From Raillietiella orientalis (taxonomy: Eukaryota): a stretch of 64,000 nucleotides of DNA. Shown piece after piece: positions 1 through 13,800 of the stretch. Made by a program: the position numbers and the translations under genes. The DNA is taken from assembly GCA_036172245.1 (NCBI GenBank), contig JAYWIR010000013.1:620001-684000 (forward strand). Direction: 5' to 3'. The notes under the pieces were generated by a model. It was not told the origin of the DNA and made no database searches. It saw nothing but the letters and a program-made list of their open reading frames with translations. Every line of letters begins with the position of its first letter. Position 1 is the stretch's first letter.

Positions 1-3000
1 GAACAACCTCTGCGTCCCGGAGACTCGTCCGTCCAGAGCTACTCACTATTGCCGGAAGAGAAAACGGAGGGGAAAGGGCGTCCAAGAGTGACGGCCGCCT
101 CAGGGAAACCAGCTCAGAGAGAGGGAAAGCAGAGGGTGAGAGGCGAAAGCGTGCGCTCCCTTGGTTCCCTCCTCCGGGAAGAGGGACTACCCTGAAGCCT
201 ACCTGCTCCTCCTCGAGTCATGGTCCTGCCGCTCCTTTTTCCTTCCCTAACTCCCTTCTCCGAAGATCTGTCCCCCCAGGAAACCCGGACCCTTCTCTTT
301 GCGACTGCACATCCCGCTGCCTCGGAGTGGAAGTTCCCGTGATTCTCCTCGCCCCCCTTTACGAAAGGGTAGCCCCTGTGGTTGCTTCCGCTGCCTGCGC
401 CTGGAGAAAGAAAAGATACCGCCGTTCCTCCCGAGGAGGAGAGTGCCGCTGCTTAGGTCCATAGTCTCCTACCTTCCCACTTCCCTTGCCCTTTCCCGGA
501 ACTCCGGAGGATCTACACCAAGGCTCGAGAAGAGTCGGTCCCCGCGGAAACCGGAACCACAAGCTGGAAGCTCGCAAGGTTTCGTGCGACCCGCTGCCGG
601 AGGGGGACAGACGGGCCTCGGACCTCGAAGTGCTTGTGCGCGTGAGGGAGAGGGGAGGATTCCGTCCCCTCCCCTTTCGCTTTCCCTCCGCCTTCGTTCT
701 TTCCAACCACCCTTCCCTGGCGCCAAGGGGAATGAGGTGGCACCCCGCGGCTGCTCCGGAAGGGAGGAGAGGGGCAAACGGCCCCAGGAAGTGCCCTCTT
801 CCAAGAAGGCTGAGGGGATCGGGATGGAAAGAAAGCGGTAACCCCAATCCCTCGCCCTTCCCGCGGACGTCCTCCACGGATGGGCTCGCAGAGGGTGAGG
901 AACTAGAAGGCGCGCAAGTCAGCCCTCTCCTGCAAGAGTGACCTCATTCTCGGGAGCCCCGCTGCACCCCCCGCAAAAATGGAAGGGATTCCCCGGTCCT
1001 GTCCTGGCGTGGACTCGTTTTCGCTCGTTCCTGTGAAGGGGGCGGCGTCGCCTTTGGTTACCCCTCTCGTCTCTTCCTCCGAGCCCCCTCTGGTTACTCG
1101 ACGAGGAGACGGAAACTGCAGAGCGCCTAGCTGCAACGGAGAGGACCGTCTGAGCTCCGTGGGGAAGTTGCAGCCGAAGAGCGTCAATAGGAGCGGCCGT
1201 CCGGTGTGAGACAAGCACCCCCAACCCCACAGGACGTCCGCGTTCCTGGACGTGTCTCAAGACCGCCGTGCGGGAGAACGGCTTGTGCGGAGAGGCGCCG
1301 GCGCCTCCGAGCCAGCGTGCGCCAGTGGTCCCGCGAAACCTTGGAAAGCGGGCAGATGCTCGGGTGCGGAGGCTGAGAGTCGGACCGATGCTTAGGCACT
1401 CGGAAGGATCGCCAAGGATCCGGACCTGCTGTTTAGACCGGCAGGACAGGATGACGAACTTGGTCGGAGTGCGGGACGAACGTGTAGATGCGCACGCTTT
1501 GGGTGGCTCCTCGTGGCGACCACCTTAGACTGGCCCTCGTTCCCCGGGTCTCTCCTCCAGCTCCTCCTTTCGCCTCCTTCGGGACTGCCCGCGTTTCGCA
1601 CCCTCTTCTTCGGAGGGGTCATTCACAGGGAGGTCATGAAGCGAAGAAGAACGATGGGGTCAGGAGGAGAGGTGGGCGGCACTATGGCCAAGTCAGCGCC
1701 GAAATTGCCCCACCGGGACCGATACGGTCTGCGCACCACTCACCACGTGGCGCTCGGCTGCGGCAGAAAGATCAGGGAAGGGAAGGGGGAGGGGGGGTTC
1801 CTGCTTGCTGGTGCGCGAACGGGGGGCTGTCCGAAGCGATCGTTTCGCTCTGGACGAGGACGGCTGCTGCTGCGGCGGACTGACTAGCGCCGAACGGGGA
1901 AGGATGGAGAAGGTCACTATTCCCGGAGGGTTCTGCTAAGAAGGCCCCGTGAGCGTTTGGATGCTCGCTTGGGCAGCATGATGATGGCGCGATAGGGCAC
2001 GCATGTGAACGACGCTCGACGCATGCGGAGTAGATACCATTGGACGTGCGCGTGGATCATTTCGCACAGCACACGTGTTGGCACGATCGGGTACGCATGT
2101 GGAAATTATACGACGCACATGTGAGGGGATGGTATGTAAGTGAGGCTGCTGAGCGCAGTGCCATGCATGGATTTTATATATGAAAAAGAAGCATCCAAAT
2201 CTGAAGGCTTCTCCCTCCCAGTCTTCGAGAAAACACGCTCAGGATGCCTTCGGCGCTGTGTATTTCTGCTTTACAGCCACCTGGTCATTTAAACCGACGT
2301 GCAGGATGTCTGGGTAGAAGGATGGTTGTCAGATAGATGCCTGGACTTGGAGGAAGGTTTGGGAAACTCCGAAGAGTTGCAGATCGCTTTAAACAAAGGG
2401 ACATGGGCTACCAAAGGTGGCTGCTGGAACCACCGCCGGTCGGCTGCATGGTTCAGCACCGCCCAGCCCTGCCGCGCTTTCGCGAGCAGTTCATCCGCTT
2501 GCCTCACCGCGGCGCTGGAATAGCGCCGGCGGGTGAGCTGGCGGTTTGCGCTTGTTTGGATGGTTCGCGAGATGAGATGGGATGAGAAAACACGAACGCG
2601 ACGGAGACGGAGGAAAGTCTCCAATGGGTGCTCATTCCTGAGCAAAGGATTCAAGTACCGTTCCCCTTTCGTCTTGGTAGCCTTGCTGTCCCTTCGGGGA
2701 TCACTTGCTCGATCTCTCTCAGCTGTCCCCTTCTGGCACATGTCCTCTCTGGCTCGTTGCCGACCCTTCCAGAGACGCAGCGAAGAGCGAGGCGTGTTCA
2801 GCAAACATGCATCGCGTCCAAGCAGCAGCGGCACCGTCTCCGCGTTTCCCGGTGCTCCCGTATCCGGGGCTTCCACTGTGGTCTGTCGAATGCAGATAGT
2901 GCCCGCTACCAGACAGAGGCTCTTGACGGGTTGGGAAACTCGCATGCCGCGAGCGGAGAGGTCGCCGCGATGCGAAGAACCTCTCTGACAGCCACGTACA

Positions 3001-4810
3001 CGGGACACGTCCTGGGGGCTCGTTCTTGCACGCTTGGAGCACAGTGCCGGAAGCGGTAAAGTTCAAAACTCGCTCGACCTTTCCCCCCTTGGCGGGCGCT
3101 CCGTCGTCACTCGTTTTTTGGCGCATTCCAGTTTCACTTAAGAGCGGGCTTGCCGCCGTCCCCTTGAACAAGTCGCCGTAGATCCCCACCTCCGAATTCC
3201 GCATCCTCCTGGGTTTCGGCGCACCTCCGCGGCGTACCTGTACCACCGTCAACCGCCCGCCGGGGGCGGCACAGCGCGCTCTTTTGGCTTCGCCGCGCGC
3301 AATGCTTCTTCGATTTACGATCAGATGTCATGTGAGGAGAGGGGGGGAGGGACCCGGAACTCAGACTGGCCATTCGCTTTCGCGCCCCACCCAAAGAGGG
3401 TGGGACAGGCGCGAGCTTCCGGTTCGGAAAAGGCTTTTTTCTTCGGTTATGCGAACAATCGGGCGGTAAGGAGAACCAACCCTCTAGCTCGCGCAGGAGT
3501 TCCTGTGTTTCGTCGGCCATCTATCGCGCACGTCCGCGGGAGAGCTTCGCTTCCGGGAGAGAGGGGAAGCGCCATCCGGGAAACTGGACGCTTGGGTTTC
3601 GGGCGGGTCCAAACGCACCTCGTCGCTGCTGGCGCAGGATGGATGGGACAGTCACCTGGATGCTCCCCTTTTGCGAAGGAGGGACTCCTTGAGAAGTGAC
3701 ACAAACCCGCTCTTCTGGCGTGCCACCGCGCGCCTCCTCTGCGGAGCGCGGCTTTCCTGGAAGCTACTGGAAGGCGACGCCCAATCAGATCGCGCGCGCT
3801 TTCGATATCTACGGAAACCCGCGGTTGCGGTGAGAGCAGTGGGGTATCGAGAGCGCGACCCTTCGTCACAGATCGGCGGCTGCTCTCGGCAAGCGCGGGA
3901 ACGCCTCTCGACTCCGCGAGCCCCACAGCCAAGTCGGGAAGGAGTCCTTGGCGGTCTGTTCCTAGGGCTCTGGGAGACATCGTGTCGCTCGGAGAGGGGG
4001 ACGGAAAGGAAGGGGGGGAAGAAGAGGCTGCCTACGTGAATCCGGCCACCGTTCCCCTCCCCCTCTCCCCTCCCGAGGCGTGCGTTCACCTCTCTCCCCC
4101 TTTTTTCCCGCTCGGCCGCAACTGAAGTGGTCTAAGCAGAAGGCAGTCCGCAACCGGAGAACGCGGTTCCCACGACTTCCCCTTCCGGAAACCAACAAGA
4201 TGGATCCCTGCGTGGAGTCTTTGGGGTAGCAGCTGTGCCTGACAGGGGACCGTCGAGGCTGCTTTTCCTTCCGGGAGCGAACTCGATTCCGGGTGCGCTC
4301 GCGCACAAACTCGGCTTCCGGTCTTGAGCCCTCTGAATTCGGAAGGGAGATGGGGAGAGGAGGGAAGCGGTAGAAGACAGCATAGAAGAAAAATAGAAAA
4401 AAAAAAGCTGACACCCATCTCTCGTGAGCGGGGTCGTCCCTGGAAGGCTCTCTAGCCAGTCTAGTGGTCCCCGGGCGCTCGGGCCGCGAACGAAAGTAGT
4501 TTATTGCAGATGATGAGGATTTTTATTGTTACAGCAGGAAGACTTGCGACGAAAGGCCAACTCTCGGTTTCTCACATTGAAACTTCAGGGTAATCCCCAA
4601 CGCGTCCATTCTTTTGATTTAATGAACGAGTTAGTGTGATTTGCATTTACATAGCTCTTGGACTAATGGTTCCGTGTCAACAGCATGATCGCATCCAGGG
4701 CTCTTTCTCCTCCAAGAAACCCTTTGTGTCTTTATGCCCAACTTCTACAGAATTTTATTGTTTACTTTGAGCCTCGGCCATTGTGCTCCCTGACAGTTTC
4801 TAATCACTTT

Positions 4811-4831
4811 TCCTCCTCCTCCTCCTCCTCC
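4811..4831. repeat. (TCC)n microsatellite
   Basis: About 7 tandem TCC units read directly. Confidence 0.9.
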
Positions 4832-7800
4832 CTCCTCCCGGCCTTTCTTCTCCTCCTCTCCCACCCTCGTGCCCTCTCCCTCCCATCTTGGTCTCGAGGA
4901 GGAACACTCGAGAAAGCTGCCTTCGAACGTGCAAAGCCGCAAGGCTTCAAGAAGCCACGAGCGACGGCGTTCCGTCCGATGCTCGCGGCGCCGCAGACCC
5001 GCATTCCCTGCTCCTGGTCCGGGAAGGATACGTGGAGCGGAGCGAAGCTAGTAGATTCGCTCTCTGGGAGGGCGGGAGAGTGGCTTGGTTCGAACCCGGG
5101 ATTGCTAGGCGCCCTTCGGGCTGGGCTTCCCCTCCTCAGGCACTCTGTGGCACCCGCGAAGCGAAGTGGGTCTTGAAAAACCCCGGAAAAGAGCGACCCG
5201 CACGCTTCCCGCCTTACTCTTCGCTGGCACCCATCCGAGGAAGATGGACGGCGCTTGAAACCCTCACGGAAGAAGCGCGTGGGCCGGATCCCTGCCCAAA
5301 GACCACGTTCCAGACTCAAAGCTGATCCCTTCAGGGCGTCAGAGATGCCTGATGAGTACTCAGGACAGTGCATGGGAACTCCTGAGGCGGAGTTCTCGCT
5401 CCACATCCGCGCCATCCTGATCTCCGGTCGGATCCCTCGAACGCCTTTCAAGCCAGGCATTCGGAACGCTCGCGTCACGTGATCTCGCGCCCATCCGCTC
5501 TTCGAGGTCGCGCGGGCTGCCCCAGTGCACTCCGATGCGTGCTGCATCCCGGCGACAAAGGATCTCCTTCAAGGACAGGAGGACTCATGTTGCGAAATCA
5601 TGCTGCAAGCGGCCACTTTTGTTTCCGCTTCTAGAGATGCCTTCATGGGTCACCAGTGACCTGCTTACTTTTTCGTCCCTCCTTTCCTCGTTCTGGTTCC
5701 GCGTGCGGCCCGGAGCGCCACGCGCGGCTCGTTCCAGTGGTGTTGCGAGAGAGGGCTCCCTCTGTGCGATCCGTCCCGGAGAACACGCGGCCAACCCCCC
5801 AACCTGGCTCGCGCACCACTGCCAACGCTCTTCGGCGCTACTTCGGAAGAGGGCGCGCGCGCACCCCTCGGCGGTTGCGTGCAGACGGATTCGGCGTGCC
5901 TGTTCGCGTGCCGAGTGCGCGCGCGCTAGCGCTCAGGCTTCACCTCTTCGGCGCGTCGGCGGCGCACCGGACTCTCCTCCTCAAGTCGATCGAACGACAC
6001 AGGAGAACAGGCAGACAGACAGACGAAGAGAGCAACACGCACGGACCCAAGGAGGTGCTCCCCATCGGTTGGGCGAGATGAGGTCGTCGCACGTGCGCGC
6101 GACTTGAGCCCGCGGCCTGCACTTGCCGCAATTGACAGCCGTGGCTCCAACGGAGCTTCTTGAGTTTTCGGTCCAGGAGACGTCGGAACTCATCCCGGCG
6201 TCTCGCGGACCGTTCCCTTTCTCTCAGACTTGTCCTCCCCGTCTACCATCCATTCCATGACCTTTCCACCGTGCGGAAGAAATCGTGTCGACAAATGATC
6301 ACCCCGGACGATGCATCCCCGAGAAATGCGCCGGATGTGGGCCGACACCATCCACTTCCTCATGGTTGCTGGCTGGGACCCCGGAGCGTCTCGTCGGTCT
6401 GCCGCTTCAGGCTTCCAGAAATCTCGCCACCATTGCTCTCTCACTTGCCGAGTTCGCTACTCCCTTCGTCAGCGAACAGGAGAGGAAGAGCGAGCTTCCT
6501 CCCGTGTCGCTCTTCTTCCTTCGAGGACCTCTTTCCCGTGCTCCCTCGCCGCCGCCTCACGTTTGCGGGCGGCATCGAGTAGGATGGCTGGGGGTTCCCT
6601 CCCTTCCCCCCGAGCGTCCGGGATTTCAGCCGTCTCCCGGGATGGTTCGGTTGACTGCAGGTCACGAATTCCCTCGCGTCGCTTGCTCGACGAAATGTGC
6701 CAGCGGGTCGCGTCACCGAGTAGGCAGGTTGGAATGGTGCGCGCAGGGATGCAGGATGCGCGTCACTCTTACCATGCCGAGCACCTCCTGCGCGTTCGAT
6801 CCGCGCCGCTTCCTGCGGGCGTCACTCGTACAGTCAGCAGGTCGAAGCGAGCGGCGTCCAGGAATTTGCAGGTGACCGCCGGTGCTGTCACCCGGGTTCG
6901 CCCGGGGCGGGTGACCGCCGGTGTGCAGGGAGTCGCTGGACGCGAGCGGCACGGCTTTACCCTGATGTCTGATCTGGATGCTTGCCTGTCCGTGAAGGAG
7001 CACCCCCTGACCCCTTGAGCTGCCCATCTGTTTATCCAAAGGGATTCCCCGACTGTTATTTGGGCTCCGCCATCATTGGACGTCCAGCGCACATGTATCC
7101 CTCTGCATGCTCGGCCATCCATTGCGTTCATGTGCTGAGGGCTATATTTATGTGGATATGAAGCTGAACACGCACACCCCGAGGTCTGACACCTCCGAGT
7201 CCGACGGTGTGTCGAGTGGACTGCTTTCGCAACCTCTGAGTGCAAAATGGTCGTTGAGAGTCAGGTCACCTGATATGGAGATGTGCTCGTAGCTACAGAG
7301 AAGCTGTTGGTCTCGTTCGGCAAAGTCACGAGACCAATTCTTCTGGTTGAAACTCAGAAGAATTCCCTCGGTTTGGAAGAATGATGCCTCAGAAGATGTA
7401 CATGTAGGTCCAGAGACTCCTTCCTCTCAGTTTGATAATTCTTTTGCGCGGGCTGCTAAGAATCCTCATGAGCCAGTCTTCAGGTTTTGTTGACACTCAT
7501 TGGCTGATATGTTCTCCTTGTCGCAGGAACCGGCAATCTTCAGCACTGGAACTGGGACTGGTCCATGTCCTTGCGATTGCGCCTACGACCATCACCTCCC
7601 GAGCAGTGTTACCGTCTTGTTTGCAAAGTAAAACAGGGTGCTCGATTTCAAGAAAACAATGGGAACAGTCGAAACCTAGGTCCTCGAAATACACGAATTC
7701 ATCCCAGGAATCCTTGTACCTATTTCCCTACTTCCCTTAGTCGGTGCGTTTTTTTCTTGTTTAATCATCATTGATTTTGATGTTTTCATTGGCCGAAATA

Positions 7801-10800
7801 GATTTTAATTTCAATGACCTTTCTTGTTTTGACAGCTCCTTTCCGAGATGCTAATAATTCGGACGTGACCCAATTTCATCGCAGACTCATTCGGAACAGT
7901 CCGACGACGACGCATGGAGCAGCCGGTGTACTACTAACGCGCCATCTTTCCAAGTGGCAAAGAAAGGTCTATGAAATTTCATGAGCACAAAAGCTCTCCC
8001 GACGGCTTGCCAAAAAAACCGACTGCAACTTGCGTGGAAGATAAGTCGCGGTTATGAAGATATTACGTAGCAACGGGAAGGTGCTTGTTGAAGAGGAGGT
8101 GGCTGCTGGGAACTTTGAAGAGCTCGGAAAGTTCCGGAGACCGTCTTCTCCAAGTTGCGATGGAACCCGCCCTCTTCACCACTACTCGAATAACAAACAT
8201 CGGATGTCCAGTTGCGGATAGATGAACCAAACCCATTTTCCATGAGCATACAAATAGGCAAGCTCTCTCTCTTCCATCTGGGATTTCAAGGATGGGCACT
8301 GATGGGAAGCCGTGGAAGAGATCGCGGAATCAACGAATCAACAACCCTCCACAGGCATTTGATCTGGGATTCGCTTGCTTCCCGTTTATGTAGGCACAGC
8401 GATGTGATCCAGGCCATTCCTGGACAAAGGAGATGACTATTTCGACAAACGGGGGGCGGAACTCCGTACGCCCTACACATCCGAACCACAATTCACGGCG
8501 ACACTGGAAGGGTGCGCAGGTGTGCTCGTGCATGTGTATAGGTGCACTAGCAACGAATGGGGCAGATTTCAGCTTTATGGTGGGAAACAGAGAACATTCC
8601 CCATGTTCGTGAGCATTATGTCGACGTAGAGCATGTCGTAGACACCTTTTGCATACGTAACGCTTCGGATCCTCCGTTGCGCTTCTAATGAGGGAGAGGG
8701 GAGAGGGTAAGCGAACAACATTCTCTAGTCTATTTACTTATCAAGGAATAACCCTCAGCGAGAGTGCCGAAACGGAACTTTTCGAGAACATTCGAAACCC
8801 AGTCATTCTTTAGCTCAAGAACCATGATTCAGGTTGTCGGATTTCTCATTCCACAGAAGTTTAGTTCCGTCGTCTTTTCCAAGACACCATTCCAGATCTC
8901 GGAAGCGAACCGAGAAAGCCATTCTGGTGGAATTTCTCCCTCTCCTTGCTTTGCCTTCTTCCGGAGAGTTTCCCTGAAAATCCCTTGCGACCATTCAGCA
9001 TTTCATTTTTCTTTGAAATCGAAAGGGCAGTTTCTGATTCATCCTACGCTTTGGCAGCGCAACCAGCCAAAGCATAACACGTGACGGCAATTTCTGAATC
9101 CCTTGAGGATCAGCTCGTCTTTTTTTTTTTTACTTGCGTGAGATGGTGCTAGCGAATCAATCCCTCCGATACCCTGTCCTGTTTCCCGATCTCAGGACTA
9201 TTCCCTAGCGGAAGGAAGCAACAGCGTTCTTGCGAAGGCTCCCTGCAGACCCGAGAGCAGCGCAGTTCAGTAAACACGCACGATTCTGTTTGTGTGAAGG
9301 CGCCTTGGACGTGTGTGTCCAGGTTTCTTTCACGATAGCAGCGTGAGATACGGGGGATTGATGGAAACTCGTTTACCCTGAGTGAGCGAAACTGCCCTTA
9401 CAGCAGAGGTGTTCTCAAGAACACATACACAATAGCCATTGATTAGGGTCATCATCAGTGCCTAATTCTTGCATTAGTGCAATTTGTAGTCGTGCGGGAA
9501 CACATTTCATCTTGCTCAGCGACATATGTGGAAATTTCGCAACGGCCGCTTCCTGAAATTTTGTGCCATAAACCCGAAACTTGATGAAGCTAGTTTCGGC
9601 CTTTGTTGGTCCTGAGGCATTGTCCGGGCAGAGCAAGCCAGAAGATTTGGCGGTCCAAATGCACTGACTCACCTTCTTGGGTCACACCCGCCTGTTGATT
9701 TCAAACATATGAGCTTTCCTTCGTCATCTAGATGCCGATTCCTGGACAAAGCACTTACTACCAGCAAGAGAAAGAAGTTGTTGAAACCGGAAAAACGAGT
9801 GGAGATTTCTGTCATTTCGGTTTGCCGGGAAAGAAATCCCGAAGCTCGTGATCTGTTCACTCGAGCCTAGAAGGATCGGATGCAAGTCCTTGTTCTTTGA
9901 ATGCCATTTGATTGTCCCGATAAGTGATGAGCACACAACGAGAAGTTCCGTATGATCAATAAACTACTTTTGAAATTGCTGCAGATGCACCAGGGACACA
10001 ATGGCGCAAAATGAGCTTGGCTTTCTTTAACCTGTTTCGCAATCACACTACGTATCATCTTCTAATTAATGCGATGGTCTGGTTACTATGCACTTGCAAA
10101 ATCCCGACAAAACAGTACGGATCGGCGGTTCGAAAGGGGAAGAACACACACAAGAAGCTACCTTTATCAATGAAGGGCGTCAATGACAGTCGTTTGGGAA
10201 ATAGCACCATTAAACGCCACAATAAGCACTGTGCGGAAAAATAGACAAAAAAGCACTGGAATTCGAGGAAGTATAATGATGCATGCGAAACTCCCCATAA
10301 CAATGCTCCTTTGCTAGCAGTGAGAGCGATCCTTACTCCATGAAGTCAAAGAATCAGGTCAGAAGCTAGTTTGTCCATTGTGATCATCACAGGGCATCAA
10401 TTCTATAAGATCAGTTTCATTAACAGGAATGGGTTTTTGCAAAATAACGTTACAGAACGCACTTCGAAAATCGATCGAAAACTTACCGTTACCTGAAGGC
10501 GAACCGTGGGTGCTTCTGAACAAACTCATAGATGGCACTGGCCTGCCCAGCAAGTCGCCGCCTCAGAACAACGCTTGCCGCCAACGTCTCTGCGCGCGGA
10601 TTATCAAAAAAAGCAGGAGGTGGGCTGCTTGGTGTGTTTTTTTTGTCATCGCGTTCACCACCTTCGTGCGCTTCACGGCACACCATTGCTTGGAAGTTGC
10701 ATATGCTTTCAGCTGAAGTTGGCGCTGACGAAAACGACGACGGTGTGCACGCGTTCCATATTCTCACTACCCCCGCATTTCCTCTCCCCTTCACTCCACG

Positions 10801-10825
10801 CCAAATCCAAACGTGCTAAAACAAT

Positions 10826-10896
10826 CTAGCCTATGTCCGTAGCAACTAGCCTATGCTGGTAACAACTAGCCTATGTCCGTAGCAACTAGCCTATGT
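10826..10896. repeat. 20-bp minisatellite, ~3.5 copies
   Basis: ctagcctatgtccgtagcaa / ctagcctatgctggtaacaa / ctagcctatgtccgtagcaa / ctagcctatgt. Confidence 0.95.
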
Positions 10897-13800
10897 TCTA
10901 ACCTCCAGGCTGATTTTGCAACAACGGACACTGTGTCCCGGCCTCGTGCGGGTTGCGCACGTGACGTGGCAGCCTTAGCCGCTTTCGGTCCACAAGGAAG
11001 CTAAACTTTGAGGGATGCCTGGATCTGCGACGAAACGGAAGTCCGTAATCACAGGACGTGTGCGCGGTGGACGCCGAAAAAAAAAAAAAAACAGGAATTC
11101 AGGATGTCCCAAGTTCGGCGGTGGATTTACTTGTGGATACAGGCGAGTCGAGGTCTTCCAGGCTACAAAGTAAGCTTCCATCCGTCTCGAAGAGCACCAT
11201 GACGGCATTTTCATATCATGCCTTAAGAATGCTTGTTTCGCTTCCTGTGCAACAGGCAGATCGGTTTTCCGTCCCGTGTTTTCCCATTTCGCTCTCGTTG
11301 TAAAGAACAGGTGCATCCCCGAAACGAAGCAAACCTTTGTATTTTCCGATTTTAGTATAGTTCCGTATAGTAGCTGTTTTATTGATCGAGATCTTCGTGT
11401 CTTTCAAAAGCCCGCTGGACTATTCCGCGCGCGAAGTTTTCCTCGTGCTACCTGAAGAGCCGGTGGGGAGTGCATTCCCGCATTCCAGAATCGAGCGATC
11501 ACGGGTTCTGTCTCGCATCATCATCATAAGTGAAGAACACATCGAGAAGTGATGAGCATGAAGCCGATCCGGAGGGAGACGAGCGATTCGCTGTAGAGTA
11601 GCAGCTTCGGAAGGATGGAAAGCTGAGCTTAGCCAATAGTCGACCAACTTCCCGTGGAGCTGACGTCTGAATGGGAGTTATGTCCCTCCTTCGGTACTTC
11701 CCATGCCTAGACCATTCCCAAGGAAACCGGCGTTCGCCTTGCCTCCAGGTGTTTGGTGGTGGATCGAGTTTGTTGCCATTGCGCTTTGCGAGAGGATTCC
11801 ACAAATGAAAGACGAGCAGATCTCACTTCCCAACTCCAGATGACTCCTAGTGTTTATTCCTTACTTCCACACAGAGCGCTCATGATTCTCTACCTTTCCT
11901 CTCCTCCTCTTTGCACATACTAAAAATAAATTGCTTATTTATTTTACTACTTCTGCTGCTAAATTGTACAAAGGCGTTTACCCGATGCCTTCCCCCCCCC
12001 CCCCCTTTCCCAAGAAAATGCCATTCGATAAATCCAATGTCGTTGAGCAAAAGAAAGCTGAGGCTGTATCAATGCACCTCAATTGCGGAGCCATCAATCT
12101 TGTAGTGACGCATTAGGTCATTCGTCGCTCTATGCTTTCCGAGACTCAGTTTCGTCTCCCGCGTTCGTGATTCGGAAATTTCGATCCGCAATCGTTCATT
12201 AGGGAGACCGATGATCAAACGGGGATTTCTCGACGACGACAGCCATGCTCGTTCTCTCTGCATGTTTCGCATCTTTTCCCTCTTCGACACTCTTCAGCAT
12301 AGGAAACCTGCGTGCGGAAGCGAGCGAGAGTTCGCACGCACTGGAGCGAGGGGATGAACGCACGCATGCCTTTCGCGACTCGCGCGAAACGTTTCTGCTT
12401 GTGGTGGGTAGGCCTCGGCCTGCCGGCGATGTCGGTTTACTTTTGCTCCCCCTCTGAAGGAAACCTCTCACCGCTCAACTGGTGCGTGTTTCGAAAAAGC
12501 GCTCCCGCGAGTGGAATGGCACCTCCGGTCTCCATGCGGCTCTCCGACGCGCACTCGCGTATCGGACTGCTCCATTATTTATCCGCCGATCCGTTCGTGG
12601 AAGACGAAGTGTCGATCAGGAATTCGAGAGGTGGGAGAATCCGCTCCGCGTTTGTCGTGCGCCGTCCCGGTGAGTCCGCCTGCTCCGCAGACCGAGTCCT
12701 CCGAGAGACGCCGCCGCACTCGACTGCTGTTTCCCAACGAACACGATCGGTTAGGTCGCCTTTCTCCTTTTGCCTTCGCCTTCTGGAAACAAAAGGCCGG
12801 CTGCGTGCGCCGCCAGCAGCGATAATCGGAGCTGCTTTCCGCAGAGTATTCCACGAAAAAATAATGCTGATATTGATAACTGATAACTGAGAGAGGTGCT
12901 TCGCATGAGAGATGGGGAAGCAGTTCATCTCCGACGGTGGACCGCGCCGTGCACAGCTTCTGTTGCGCGCCATGCGGTTCCTCTGCGAACTCGTGGGTCT
13001 CCTTAAAAGATTGTGAACGACTATTCATCACTTTCATGATCCCGATTGTAACGCGGGGATAAAAAAATAGGTTATAAGCGAAATTCATCAGTTTACAGAT
13101 GATGACTGGCGCGTCGTCCGTTTTCCAACGCCCTCTGACCGATGTTTGGTGAGTGTGTGTTGCCCCTGATCGCGAAGAGGTCGTTCTGTGGAGTAATTAG
13201 TCCACTCTTCCGTCTGTGGGCGCCGAGCGTGCCCCGTTTCTCTCCGGCGGATGGCTCCGCATCTCCAAGCACCCAAAGTGAAGGCACGGGCTCCGAGCGG
13301 AGCGAGAACTTTCGGGAATCGTCGCCGACACCCCTGCCGTCCCCAAGTTTCTTAGCTGCGTCACAGCCGTGCGTGATTCCACGCCTGCACATCAGCCCAG
13401 GGAAACGATCAGTCCGCAAATTCCGCATGCTTTCCGATCCCTCGCACGTGACTATGCAAATGCATGAAATTTCCCGATAAGGGAGCAATCCTTCAGAATC
13501 TCGGAACACAGAGTGAGTATCGGTGTCATGGGGACTCGCTGACTAGAGAACTCGTCGATTTCCTGGAACTGCTGGTGGATTAACAAAAAAGAAAGGAAGG
13601 AAGGAAAAAACGCGATGAACCAGAAAGGAAAAGGAATTCCAAATCTCGGAGCAGTCCCTTCCTCCACGTTCCAAGAATTTGCTCGAAGCTTCTTCGGGGC
13701 AAAGTCGGGGCCACAGATTCTTGGGAATTCTTGAGAATCGATGGAGTTCCATCCGGCTCTTTGCTCATCTCTGTTTCGCCCGGTTCACGGACGAATCAAC

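Noticed and set aside
5030..5110. Pol III B-box GGTTCGAACCC at 5087-5097 (possible tRNA or SINE)
   Set aside because: No convincing A-box or cloverleaf stems. tRNAscan-SE would be decisive.
8000..8065. Minus-strand peptide YLHNRDLSS resembling a kinase HRD loop
   Set aside because: Flanked by stops, wrong spacing, and no DFG or other kinase subdomains.
10826..10896. CRISPR-like repeat/spacer appearance
   Set aside because: The period is only 20 bp, the variable parts are ~7 bp and recur, there are no cas genes and the context is eukaryotic.
12867..12890. Tandem TGATAAC (GATA-like sites)
   Set aside because: Only two perfect 7-bp units, readily explained by slippage.
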